DNA of 64,000 nt from Lysobacterales bacterium (GCA_038242205.1 JBBSSI010000013.1:333-64332), one strand, 5' to 3'. Positions 40,574-50,570 are shown, counted from the first letter of the stretch. Numbers and translations: made by a program. Notes: generated from the letters alone by a model not told the origin.

Positions 40574-40713
40574 GTCAGCGTGCGCCCCGAGACGGCCGCG
40601 ACGCGGGCAACATGCTCCACTCTGCACCCGCACGTAAGCCGGACGGAAAGAGAAAAGTGGCGTACGGCTCGAGGCAGCGGCGAATCATTGCGGCAGTATC
40701 GTCCCGCAGGGTT

Positions 40714-42114
40714 TCACGAACTTTTCGCGTAGCCCGCGAAATGCACGGTCACGCGCAGCCCGCCACCGCATGCCTTGCCGAAAGCCACTCTTGCGGCGTG
40801 TCGAGCAGCGATCTGCTGAACGATGGCAAGGCCCAGGCCCGTACCGCCCTCGCGCGCGCCCGGTGCGCGGAAAAACCGCTCTCCCAGCCGCGTCAGCACG
40901 TCAGGCGGCACGCCCGGTCCGTTGTCCTCTACCTGCAGCAGCACGCCGTGACCCGGCTGCAGCAGTACGCTGACCGTCACCTGAGCGCCTTTGCCGGCAT
41001 AGCGCACGGCGTTGTCGATCAGATTGTCGACCAGCTCCTGCAGGCTGGCCACGTCACCGCTCATCCAGGCTGGCGCGTCGGGGCCCTGATAGCCCAGGTC
41101 GATGTCGCCGCGGAGCGCTTCGTGAATACGCGCGGCGACCAGTTCGGGCATCACTTGCGCCAGATCCACCGGCTGGTTGTCCTGAGCAGCGCGCCACGGA
41201 CTCTGCGCGCGCGTCAGGGCCAGCAGCTGGCTGGAAGCTCGCGCCGTGCGCTGGGTCAGTCGATGAATGTGCTCCAAGGCATCCTTCACCGTTTCCGGGT
41301 TGGCAGCGGACAGCGCGCGCTCTGCGTGCAGGCTCAGCCCGGCCAGCGGCGTGCGCAACTGATGCGCAGCATCCGCCATGAAGCGCTCCTGCAACTCGCG
41401 CGCGGTGGCGAGTCGGCCAAACAGGCCATCAATGGTGCGCGTGAGCGGCAGTATTTCCACCGGGACGTCGGTATCGCTGATCGGCCCTAGTTCGTGCTCA
41501 CGCTTGGCCAGGCGTCGGGTGAGCGGCTGCAATATGCGCAGCCCGCGGGTGACGCCCAGCCAGACCAGCAGCAGCATGCTGAGGATCAGTACGGTCTGCA
41601 GCGGGATGCTCAGGAACAGGATCTGTCGTGCGCTTTCGTGGCGGTCGTGCAGCGTCTCGGCCATGCTTATGGTCAATACCTCGCCAGGATATTCTGGCGA
41701 GCGAATGCTGAGCTCAGCGGCGCGCAGTGGCTTGCCATGGACGATCGAGTCGAAAAGTCGGGCCTTGCCGTCGGCCGGCGGCGCGGCCGGTTGCGGAAAT
41801 GGAACGTTGCTGCTGAGCAAACCACGCTGATTGCTGCGCACGGCGTAGTAGTTGTGTCCGTCCGGATCGTACTCGAGCAGGAACTGAGCCTGCGCGGAAA
41901 GGTCACCGGAGATGTGTTCAGACAGGACCATCTGCGCCAGCGTGTGCACATCGTCCATGAGATCACTGTCGTGCACCCGATTTGAATAACTCAGCGCCAT
42001 GGCGTAAGTAACCAATGCGTCAACCAGCAGCAGCGCCAGCATGGGAATGAGCAGGAACAGCAGCAAGCGCCGGCGCAGGCTTGGCGACTTCGGGGCGGCG
42101 GTTGCCTCATGCAT
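40714..42114 (-). CDS. Sensor histidine kinase (TctE/QseC/BasS-like)
   Basis: SLRRRLL-TM, DAAHQLRTPL, NLIDNAVRY, DNGPG, GTGLGL. Confidence 0.92.
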   Translation of the reverse strand: MHEATAAPKSPSLRRRLLLFLLIPMLALLLVDALVTYAMALSYSNRVHDSDLMDDVHTLAQMVLSEHISGDLSAQAQFLLEYDPDGHNYYAVRSNQRGLLSSNVPFPQPAAPPADGKARLFDSIVHGKPLRAAELSIRSPEYPGEVLTISMAETLHDRHESARQILFLSIPLQTVLILSMLLLVWLGVTRGLRILQPLTRRLAKREHELGPISDTDVPVEILPLTRTIDGLFGRLATARELQERFMADAAHQLRTPLAGLSLHAERALSAANPETVKDALEHIHRLTQRTARASSQLLALTRAQSPWRAAQDNQPVDLAQVMPELVAARIHEALRGDIDLGYQGPDAPAWMSGDVASLQELVDNLIDNAVRYAGKGAQVTVSVLLQPGHGVLLQVEDNGPGVPPDVLTRLGERFFRAPGAREGGTGLGLAIVQQIAARHAARVAFGKACGGGLRVTVHFAGYAKSS

Positions 42115-42781
42115 GCACTTCTTCCTCGAGCAGATATCCGAGCCCGCGAATGGTGCGCACACTCGCGCCGCTTCCTTTCAGTTTGCGGCGCACGCGATAC
42201 ACCGCGATATCCAGGCCGTTGTCGGTGAGCTCCTGGTCCCACGCGCACAGGGCTTCAATCAGCTGGGCGCGGTTGGTTACCCGCCGCGCGCGCGCGGCAA
42301 GCGCCTCCAGCAGCCCAAACTCCCGAGCCGTGAGGTCCAGCGCGCGATCGTCCACCCAGGCGCGTCGACCGGGGATATCCAGATGCAGCCTGCCAATGAC
42401 CAGATGCTGCGATCCACCAGCCAGCGAGCGGCGCAACAAGGCGCGCACGCGCGCCTCGAACTCGGCAAGGGCAAAAGGCTTGACCAGATAATCGTCCGCG
42501 CCCAGATCGAGCACGCGCACGCGGTCGTTCAACTGATCACGTGCGGTAATGACCAGCACCGGAACCGGAGACTGACGGCCACGCAAAGAGCGCAACACTT
42601 CGGTTCCGTCCAGCCGCGGCAGGCCGAGATCCAGAATGATCAGGTCGTACTCCACATCCTTGACGGCATGGTCGGCCGCGACTCCGTCAGTGACGTGATC
42701 CACCGCGTGCGCCTGGCTTCTGAGCGTCGCCACGATAGCGGCGGCAATGGAGGCGTCGTCTTCAACCAGCAAAATGCGCAT
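42107..42781 (-). CDS. OmpR-family response regulator (TctD/QseB/BasR-like)
   Basis: MRILLVEDD, LDLGLP, GADDYLVKPF, RTIRGLGY. Confidence 0.93.
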   Translation of the reverse strand: MRILLVEDDASIAAAIVATLRSQAHAVDHVTDGVAADHAVKDVEYDLIILDLGLPRLDGTEVLRSLRGRQSPVPVLVITARDQLNDRVRVLDLGADDYLVKPFALAEFEARVRALLRRSLAGGSQHLVIGRLHLDIPGRRAWVDDRALDLTAREFGLLEALAARARRVTNRAQLIEALCAWDQELTDNGLDIAVYRVRRKLKGSGASVRTIRGLGYLLEEEVHA

Positions 42782-43208
42782 GAGCGGTTCTCGTCAATGG
42801 CACGCGTCGCTCGTGATGGAACAGCACGCGCTGGGGGGAAGCTTGTCGGCACTATAGGCGGCCAAGGGCTGCAAGCGTGCATAAGGCTTGTGCCCTGGCG
42901 TGATGGCAGCGCGCAGGAGCGACCCTGTTGCGGTGGACAAGACGGTGAGACCGGCAGACTGGGCATGGAACACTTCAGAGCAGATCCCGCGTGGCGAGGG
43001 TTGCACAACCGGGAAGATGATGTGCACCGTCGAACGGTTCCACTTTGCCGCGCGCAGCTTGGCTGCAGCGTATGGCGTGTGATCTTTCCTGTGCGTCTTG
43101 CGCACGCTTTGCAGCGACGCCACAACAACCGGGACGTGCAGATCGATGCGTCGCGCGCAGATGCAACGGTATCGACGCGAACCGCCCATGTGTCGCGTCC
43201 CTTCAAGC

Positions 43209-43224
43209 GTAAGCCACGCGAAAG
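43209..43224 (+). promoter_or_regulatory. Candidate box GTAAG-N6-GAAAG
   Basis: 60 bp upstream of the PAP2 gene. Confidence 0.45.
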
Positions 43225-43284
43225 CAAGGCAGGTGACGATCGGCTGGAAGGGTCGACGCTGGCCCGCTGAAGGAGACCACCATC

Positions 43285-43911
43285 ATGCGGACATTGACGG
43301 CGAGGCTGCTGGTTGTGAGCCTGTTGGCAGCAAGCGGCACCGCACAGGCGTCGGGAGGCCCGCTTGGTATCGACCACAGGCTGCATTACGACAACAGCGG
43401 CATCTGGCAGCGCGGTAATCAGAAAGCGTTGGCTTACGGCACGATCCTGACCGTTGCCGGTGGCGCGCTGGCGCTCGGCGACGACGACAAATTGGGCGAC
43501 ACCTTCTGGCGCTCGGTTGACGCAATGGTGCTCACTGGCGTGGCTGTGACCGCCACCAAATACACCTTCCGCCGTGAGCGCCCATCTGCAACCAGCGACC
43601 CGAACCAGTGGTTCAAGAGTTCGGGCTCGACAAGCTTTCCCAGCGGCGAAGTATCCACGATCGCGGCGGCGGTGACGCCGTTCATTGTCAATTACGGCGA
43701 CGAGCATCCAGCCGTCTACGCGCTGGCCCTGCTACCCGCTTACGATGCAGTTGCGCGGCTCAAGACGCGGGGGCATTGGCAGAGTGACGTGCTGGTCGGC
43801 GCCGCGATCGGCACCGGTTTCGGCATCTGGTCCGCCAAACGCCATTCGCCGCTGGTCCTGAGTTGGCTCCCGGGCGGATTTGCGATCGGTTTCGTGCACA
43901 GATTCAAATAG
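43285..43911 (+). CDS. PAP2-family phosphatase
   Basis: KYTFRRERP, SFPSGE (Glu where His is usual), R...HWQSDV; signal peptide. Confidence 0.85.
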   Translation: MRTLTARLLVVSLLAASGTAQASGGPLGIDHRLHYDNSGIWQRGNQKALAYGTILTVAGGALALGDDDKLGDTFWRSVDAMVLTGVAVTATKYTFRRERPSATSDPNQWFKSSGSTSFPSGEVSTIAAAVTPFIVNYGDEHPAVYALALLPAYDAVARLKTRGHWQSDVLVGAAIGTGFGIWSAKRHSPLVLSWLPGGFAIGFVHRFK

Positions 43912-43950
43912 GCGCCGGGCGAAGAGGCGCGCAGGTTGAAAAAAGAGCCC

Positions 43951-44362
43951 TCAGTCCTCCTCACGAGGAAAGGTGATCTGAATCCGCAACCCGTGTCCGC
44001 ACGGTGCATCAAGGAGGGCGATGTCGGCGCCGTGCAGCTGCGCCACGCGCTGCACGATCGACAGTCCAAGCCCATAGCCGTCACCGCGACTGCCGGCCTC
44101 AAGATGAAAACGCGCGAGCACCTCTGCGCGACGCGCTGGCGGAATGCCGGCGCCGTCGTCGGTCACCTCATTGCGCGCGCGCCCATCGATGCGGCTCAGC
44201 TCCAAGATCAAGCAGCACCAAGTCGGCGCTGCCCTCCGCAAGCGCAGGTAGCGCGGCTCGTCCGTCACCCAGCCAGGTGACGGTGTGGTTGAGTCGTTCA
44301 AGCGCGTGCTGGATGGCGGTACCGGGCTGGGCATCGTCTTCGACCAGAAAGATGTGGACGCA
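43951..44362 (-). pseudogene. Response regulator / sensor kinase operon collapsed by internal deletion
   Basis: Receiver N-terminus HIFLVEDDA..DLVLLDLG abuts kinase C-terminus EVTDDGAGIP..GYGLGLSIVQRVAQLHG. Confidence 0.8.
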
Positions 44363-44456
44363 TATTTTCAACGCCGGACCGCACCGATGCTCGCAGTATG
44401 GCCCTGCACGCGTGCCACGGATTTGGTTATCCAGGTTATGCACCGCGTTTCCGGCC

Positions 44457-44472
44457 ATAAGCTGATCGAAAG
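44457..44472 (+). promoter_or_regulatory. Candidate box ATAAG-N6-GAAAG
   Basis: Lies between the remnant regulator and the TolC gene. Confidence 0.4.
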
Positions 44473-44641
44473 CCGCAACCGCTAACGTCGGGCTGTGTCC
44501 CGGATTCGCAGGCCAAGCTCTTAGAGTAATCGAGGCGTTTGCTGGGCGTACTTTTCTTTCACCTGCGTATGGCGACCAATAATGAAGTCAGGCGACATGG
44601 ATCGAGCTCCGGTCAAGGTGTCACCGGACCGTATAGCGGGA

Positions 44642-45988
44642 ATGCGGGTGGCCTCGTGGTTAGCGATCAGCCTGACACTCGGCGGTTGTGCTACATACCA
44701 CTCGCGACCGCTGGGTACCGTGCGTGGCGCAGACAGCGTCGGCCAGCTATCGGCACCGCTTGCCGACATGCCGTGGCTGCAAGCCCATCGCCTCGACCCG
44801 CGCGACGGTCTGGATGTCATCGAGCTGTCGATGCTGGCCGTGGCCAACAGCCCGGCCCTGAAACGAAAGCGGGACGAGCTGGGCTTGGTGCGGGCTCAGT
44901 CGTTTGCGGCCGGCTTGTTGCCCGACCCACAGCTGAGTCTCGGCGAGGACTTTCCCCAACGCTCCTTACCGGGGCTGTCCACGGCGTTCAACCTCGGTAT
45001 CACCCAGGACATCACGGCGCTGCTTACCCGTTCGTCGCGTACAGCTGAAGCGCGCAGCCACGTTGAACAAGTCAATCTGGACCTGCTGTGGGCGGAATGG
45101 CAGACAGTCGCGCAGGCGCGCCAGCTATTCGATCAGGTCACCTCTTTGCGCGCCCAGCAGCGGCGACTGCGACGTGAGGCCGACGCGCTGGCGCCAGTGG
45201 ATCGTTTCGTGCAGATGGCCCTTCAAGCTGGCAATCTCACTTACGACACGGCCAGCGCTGGACTCAACGCCGGTGCCGACGTCCGCAAACGCCTGGGGGA
45301 CAGGACGCTGCACCTGCACCAGGCCGAGAGCGATCTGCGACTGCTGCTGGGGCTGGCGGCGAGCGCACCCCTTGATCTGGTGGGCGCTGTCGACTCCGCG
45401 CAGCCGACCGCGGCGCAGGTCAAGCTGGCGTTGAGCGATCTGTCCGCGCGGAGGCCTGACCTGCTGGCACTCAAGGCCGGCTACGGTGCGCAGAACGCCA
45501 AACTGCGCGGCGCGATCCTCGCGCAGTTTCCTGCACTCACGCTGGGCTTCAACAGCGCGCGCGATACTAGCGCCGTCTACACCAGGGGTTTCAGCATCGG
45601 CATCAGCCTGCCGCTGTTCAACCGCAACCGCGGTAACATCGCGATCGAGCGAGCCACGCGGCTGCAGTTGAAAGATGCTTACGACGAGCGGGTGCTCACT
45701 GCCCGCAGCGACGTCCAGCGGCTGCAGGCCGACCTGGACACGCTTGACAGCCAGGGCGCGACGCTCCGCGCGCATGTGCGCCAGCTCGATGCCGGCCTCG
45801 GCGCCGCGGAAAAAGCCTGGCGCGAGCATTTGCTGGACTGGCCCACGTATCTGGCCATCCGCGGCAACGTGCTCAGCGCCGATCTGGACCTGCTCAGCTT
45901 CCACCAGCAGCGGGCCACCGCGGCGATTGCGCTGCAGGCGCTGCTCGGAAATACCGACCTCCCCGCCGTCCGGAAACCTGCGCCATGA
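44642..45988 (+). CDS. TolC/CzcC-family outer-membrane factor
   Basis: Lipobox LGGC, AGLLPDPQL, RRPDL, LPLFNRNRG. Alternative starts at 44582 and 44597. Confidence 0.88.
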   Translation: MRVASWLAISLTLGGCATYHSRPLGTVRGADSVGQLSAPLADMPWLQAHRLDPRDGLDVIELSMLAVANSPALKRKRDELGLVRAQSFAAGLLPDPQLSLGEDFPQRSLPGLSTAFNLGITQDITALLTRSSRTAEARSHVEQVNLDLLWAEWQTVAQARQLFDQVTSLRAQQRRLRREADALAPVDRFVQMALQAGNLTYDTASAGLNAGADVRKRLGDRTLHLHQAESDLRLLLGLAASAPLDLVGAVDSAQPTAAQVKLALSDLSARRPDLLALKAGYGAQNAKLRGAILAQFPALTLGFNSARDTSAVYTRGFSIGISLPLFNRNRGNIAIERATRLQLKDAYDERVLTARSDVQRLQADLDTLDSQGATLRAHVRQLDAGLGAAEKAWREHLLDWPTYLAIRGNVLSADLDLLSFHQQRATAAIALQALLGNTDLPAVRKPAP

Positions 45989-47133
45989 CGAGCCACCGCC
46001 TGACTTCAACCCTCGGTGGACTCGCCCTGCTTGGCGTGCTCGCCGGCTGCAGTGGCGGCGCGGGCAGCCCGCAGGCAACCGACAACACACACACGGTGGC
46101 CGTGACCACGGTGCTGCCGCAGCGCCAGACCTTTCACGACACGATCGAGGCTGCCGGCACTGCCATGGGCGATCCGCATCGCGCGCGTACGTTGAGCCTG
46201 GCGTATGGCGGCCAGATCGTGAATGTGGTCGCCATCGCAGGGCAAAGCGTGCAGCGCGACCAACCATTGCTGACTGTCAGCGCCGACCCGGCCACGCGTC
46301 AGGCCTATCAGCAGGCGCAGGCAGCACTGGGACTGGCGCAAGGAGACCTGCAGCGCACGGAGACGCTCGCGGCACAGCGCCTGGCCACGCAGTCTCAGGT
46401 GGCCACCGCACGCAAGAGCCTTGCCGATGCGCAAGCGTCCTTGATCGCACAGCAGGCGATTGGCGGCGGCAGCGCCAGCCATGCGGTAACCGCGCCGACC
46501 GATGGCGTGGTGACGGCGTTGCGGGTGGGTCTGGGCGAGCGCGTGGTGGCGAATGCGCCACTGCTGGATTTCACCCCGGCGCACGCGCTGGTGGCCCAGC
46601 TCGGCGTGCAACCGGAGCATGGCGGCAAGCTGCACACCGGCATGCCGGTGCAATTGCACAGCGTGTACGGTCCGGCCGAAGGCATCACCGGCACGTTGCA
46701 GATGATCGGCCAATCGATCGATCCGCAGTCGCACCTGCTGCCGGCGCAGGTCGAGCTGCCGGCCAGCGCGGGTGCCAAGCTGGTAACCGGCGCCGCCGTG
46801 ACGGCGCAGATTGATGCCAGTGATTTCAGCGCTTGGGCCGTTCCGCGCAACGCGGTACTGCACGACAACCAGGGTGATTATCTGTTCCAGGTCCACGATG
46901 GTCACGCCAAACGGGTCGACGTGACGCTGCGCAGCCCCGCGGGCGAGACCGTCGGCGCGCAGGGACCGATCGACCCGCAGGCTCCGATCGTCGTACTCGG
47001 CGTCTATGAGCTGAGTGACGGCGATGCAGTAACGGTCAACAAGCACGACACCGTCACCCATCGCCCGGCCGCGGCGGCTTCGTCGACTGCCGCAGCAAGG
47101 CAAACTCCGGGCAGCGCAGGTTCGTCGAAGTGA
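45985..47133 (+). CDS. RND periplasmic adaptor
   Basis: Lipobox LAGC, APTDGVV, AVPRNAV. Confidence 0.88.
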   Translation: MTSHRLTSTLGGLALLGVLAGCSGGAGSPQATDNTHTVAVTTVLPQRQTFHDTIEAAGTAMGDPHRARTLSLAYGGQIVNVVAIAGQSVQRDQPLLTVSADPATRQAYQQAQAALGLAQGDLQRTETLAAQRLATQSQVATARKSLADAQASLIAQQAIGGGSASHAVTAPTDGVVTALRVGLGERVVANAPLLDFTPAHALVAQLGVQPEHGGKLHTGMPVQLHSVYGPAEGITGTLQMIGQSIDPQSHLLPAQVELPASAGAKLVTGAAVTAQIDASDFSAWAVPRNAVLHDNQGDYLFQVHDGHAKRVDVTLRSPAGETVGAQGPIDPQAPIVVLGVYELSDGDAVTVNKHDTVTHRPAAAASSTAAARQTPGSAGSSK

Positions 47134-50100
47134 ATTTCAGCATGTGGATGCAGCGGCACCGCCGCTCGCTGTTGTTCCTGGCCTTCATGCTGACCGTGGG
47201 CGGCATCGCCAGAGCGTTCTTCATGCCGGTGGCGCTGTTTCCCAACGTCGCCTTCCCCCGCGTGCAGATGGATCTGGACGCTGGCGACCGACCCGCCGAC
47301 CAGATGGCGATCGAGGTGACCACGCCGGTCGAAGTCGCGGTGCGCCGCGTGCGCGGCGTGCGCGATGTGAAGTCGACCACGAGCCGAGGCAGCGCGCAGA
47401 TCGAGGTGACTTTCGACTGGGGCTTCGATATGAACGCGGCGCTGCAGGAGATCAATGGCGCGGCCAGTCAGGTGCTGGCGCAATTGCCCGCTGGCACGCA
47501 ACTGACCACTCGCCGCATGGACCCGACCACTTTTCCCGAGCTTGGCTACAGCTTGCGTTCGCACACGCTCTCGCCCAGCGACCTGCACGACCTGGCCCAG
47601 TACCAGCTGCGGCCGCTGCTCAGCTCCATCACCGGCGTGGCCCATGTCGACGTACAGGGCGGCGAAGTGGCAGAGTTCCATGCCGACGTGGAACCAGCCA
47701 AGCTGCGAGCGCTAGGCTTGAGTTTGGCCGACGTCACCAAAGCGGTGACCAACGCGGCGACGATTCAGGCGATGGGCCGCATCACCGACCATTACAAGCT
47801 GTACCTGATGCTGGCCGATAATCAGCCGAACACGCTTGCGGCGTTGGGCAACATCGTGGTGCGGGCAGGTCCGGGAGGCGTCATCCGGCTGAAGGACGTT
47901 GCGCGCGTCAGCCTCGGTCACGAGCCACAGTGGATCCGGGTCAACGCCGATGGTCAGAACGCCGTGCTGCTGCAGGTTTATCAGCAACCCGGCGGCAACA
48001 GCGTGCAGATCGCCCGCGACGTGAAGCAAAAGCTGGCCGACTATGCCGCGCAGCTGCCTGCTGGCGTGCACATCGCCAACTGGTACGACCAGACCCAGCT
48101 GGTGACGGCCGCTGCCAGCAGCGTGCGCGACGCGATCCTGATCGGCATCATGCTGGCCGGCCTGATCCTGTTCCTGTTTTTGCGCAATACGCGGGTGATC
48201 CTGATCGCGCTGATCGTGGTGCCGGCAGTGCTGGCGATCACGGTGCTGCTGCTGTCAGTGGTAGGCATGAGCTTCAACATGATGACGCTGGGCGGCATGG
48301 CCGCTGCGGTCGGCCTGATCATCGACGACATCATCGTGATGCTCGAACACATCATGCGTCGCGTCGGCGGCGGTGCCGGCGAGATCCACGAGCGCGTGGC
48401 CGGTGCGGCGTGGGAGTTCACCCGGCCGCTGACCGGCTCCAGTGCCGCCACCGTCATCATCTTCCTGCCGCTGGCGTTCCTGTCCGGTGTGACCGGCGCG
48501 TTTTTCAAGGCGCTGTCGCTGACCATGGCCAGCGCGCTGATCATCTCCTACCTGTTGACCTGGGTCGCCGTCCCGCTGTTAGCCGAGCGCTTCCTGGACA
48601 AGAAGCATCTGGCCGAGCCCAAGCAGGGCCGCTTTACCCGCCACATGATGAGCGGCTACCAGCACACGCTGGCGCGCGGATTGCAGCGGCCGTGGCTGGT
48701 GCTGGTGATCATCATCCCGCTGCTTGCGCTCGGCGGCGTGGCCTATACCCAGGTCGGCTCCGGCTTCATGCCGAAGATGGACGAGGGCGGCTTTATCCTC
48801 GACTACCGATCGCCGCCGGGCACCTCGCTGGAGGAAACCGATCGCCTGCTGCGCCACGTCGAAACCATCATTCGCGCCAACCCCTATGTCGACACGTACT
48901 CACGACGCACCGGACTGCAACTTGGCGGTGGCCTGACCGAAGCGAACACCGGCGATTTCTTCGTGCGCCTGAAAAACGCCGCGCGGCCCTCGACCGAGGT
49001 AGTGATGGAACAAGTGCGCCAAAAAGTGGCCAAGCAGGTTGCGGGGCTGGATGTCGACGTGGCGCAACTGATGGAAGACCTGATCGGCGACTTGGTCGCG
49101 GTGCCGCAGCCGATCGACGTGCAGTTGTCCGGGGCCGGCGTGGCCACACTCGACGCCACCGCCATAAAAGTGGCCGCGGAGATCAGCAAGATCAACGGCG
49201 TGGTCAGCGTACTCGACGGCATCAATCCGGCCGGCGATGCACTGACCATCAAGGTAGATGAAACCAAGGTTGCGCTGGAAGGGCTCGATCCGGTCAGCGT
49301 CACCGACCAGGTCGCCGCAGCGGTCGATGGCACGGTGGCCGCCAGCATGCCCGAGGGCGAGAAGTTGGTAGGCGTGCGGGTAAAGCTGCCGCCCACCGCG
49401 TCCCAGCATCTCGATCAGATCGACCACTTGCTGATCCGCGCCCCGGACGGCCATGTGTTGCCGCTATCGCGCGTAGCCACCGTCACCCAGGTACAGGGCC
49501 AGCCGGAGATCACGCGGATCAACCTCAAGCGCACCGTCTCGGTCACCGGCCGCATCAGCGGTCGCAGCCTGGGCTCGGCCATCGTTGACGTGAAGAAGGT
49601 CATGGATAGCAAGGGACTGCTGCCCAAGGGCGTGGTCTATGCGCTCGGCGGCACCTACCAACAGCAGCAGCAGGCGTTCCGCGGACTGCTTATCGTGATG
49701 CTGGCGGCAATCGCGCTGGTGTTCACCCTTCTGCTGTTCCTCTACGAGAGTTTTCGCGTGGCCATCACCATCCTGGCGATGCCGCTGCTGGCGATTCCCG
49801 CCGTGTTCGTGGGGCTGTGGGTCACCGGGATCGAACTCAACATCTCGGCGATGATGGGCATGACCATGATCGTGGGCATCGTCACCGAGCTGGCGATCTT
49901 CTACTTCTCCGAACTGCAGGAAGCTGAAAAGGAGCGCGACCTGCACGACGCACTGCACGCAGCCGGAGAGCACCGCACCCGACCGATCCTCATGTCCACC
50001 TTGGCGGCGATCCTGACCCTGTTGCCACTGGCGCTGGCGATCGGTCAGGGCTCGCAGATGCAGCAGCCGCTGGCGATCGCCATCATTTCCGGGATGCTGG

Positions 50101-50177
50101 TCCAATTGCCACTCGTGCTTCTGGTGATGCCGGTACTTTATGCACTGCTGCGCCGCCGCCGCACGCCCGAGTACTAG
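47130..50177 (+). CDS. RND permease (CusA/CzcA/AcrB family)
   Basis: 1015 aa; FNMMTLGGMAAAVGLIIDD, FMPKMDEG, RPILMST, QPLAIAIISG. Confidence 0.93.
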   Translation: MNFSMWMQRHRRSLLFLAFMLTVGGIARAFFMPVALFPNVAFPRVQMDLDAGDRPADQMAIEVTTPVEVAVRRVRGVRDVKSTTSRGSAQIEVTFDWGFDMNAALQEINGAASQVLAQLPAGTQLTTRRMDPTTFPELGYSLRSHTLSPSDLHDLAQYQLRPLLSSITGVAHVDVQGGEVAEFHADVEPAKLRALGLSLADVTKAVTNAATIQAMGRITDHYKLYLMLADNQPNTLAALGNIVVRAGPGGVIRLKDVARVSLGHEPQWIRVNADGQNAVLLQVYQQPGGNSVQIARDVKQKLADYAAQLPAGVHIANWYDQTQLVTAAASSVRDAILIGIMLAGLILFLFLRNTRVILIALIVVPAVLAITVLLLSVVGMSFNMMTLGGMAAAVGLIIDDIIVMLEHIMRRVGGGAGEIHERVAGAAWEFTRPLTGSSAATVIIFLPLAFLSGVTGAFFKALSLTMASALIISYLLTWVAVPLLAERFLDKKHLAEPKQGRFTRHMMSGYQHTLARGLQRPWLVLVIIIPLLALGGVAYTQVGSGFMPKMDEGGFILDYRSPPGTSLEETDRLLRHVETIIRANPYVDTYSRRTGLQLGGGLTEANTGDFFVRLKNAARPSTEVVMEQVRQKVAKQVAGLDVDVAQLMEDLIGDLVAVPQPIDVQLSGAGVATLDATAIKVAAEISKINGVVSVLDGINPAGDALTIKVDETKVALEGLDPVSVTDQVAAAVDGTVAASMPEGEKLVGVRVKLPPTASQHLDQIDHLLIRAPDGHVLPLSRVATVTQVQGQPEITRINLKRTVSVTGRISGRSLGSAIVDVKKVMDSKGLLPKGVVYALGGTYQQQQQAFRGLLIVMLAAIALVFTLLLFLYESFRVAITILAMPLLAIPAVFVGLWVTGIELNISAMMGMTMIVGIVTELAIFYFSELQEAEKERDLHDALHAAGEHRTRPILMSTLAAILTLLPLALAIGQGSQMQQPLAIAIISGMLVQLPLVLLVMPVLYALLRRRRTPEY

Positions 50178-50231
50178 CGCGCGTCAAGTGACGCAGGCAA
50201 CGCGGCTAACCATCATCGCAAGCGAACCGCG

Positions 50232-50570
50232 GTGAAGAAACTGATGCTGCATGGCCTTTCTCGCTTCCTCCAACGCTTGCGCTGGAGACAGCCGGCGAAG
50301 TCGCCGCGGGGCTTTCGCCTATGCAAGTGATCCATCGACTGCCGCAAGGCGGTCGCGGCGGTGGAGACTATTCTGCGGTTAATGCAACACACCACCGACT
50401 GCTTGTGAGCCAAGGCGAACGGGTCAGGCTGGACGATCCGTCGACACAGAAGTTTGCGATCACCATCATGGGCACTGACAGGTGCATGACGTTGCCTTCG
50501 CAGTGGGCCGACAGCGAGGTTCCCCGCGCCACGGCCACAGCGCCTCGGTCACAACCTTCCAGCATCAACC
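50232..50570 (+). pseudogene. Eroded YncE/YVTN beta-propeller gene fragment
   Basis: Frameshifted pieces GGRGGGDYSAVNATHHRLLVSQGERV and VHDVAFAVGRQRG..GHSASVTTF resemble the family pattern GGEGGWDY..HRLYVS / VHGVA..GRGFTSNG..SVTVF. Confidence 0.55.

Noticed and set aside
42794-43189. 131-aa ORF upstream of the response regulator
   Set aside because: No family features; more likely divergent promoter DNA.
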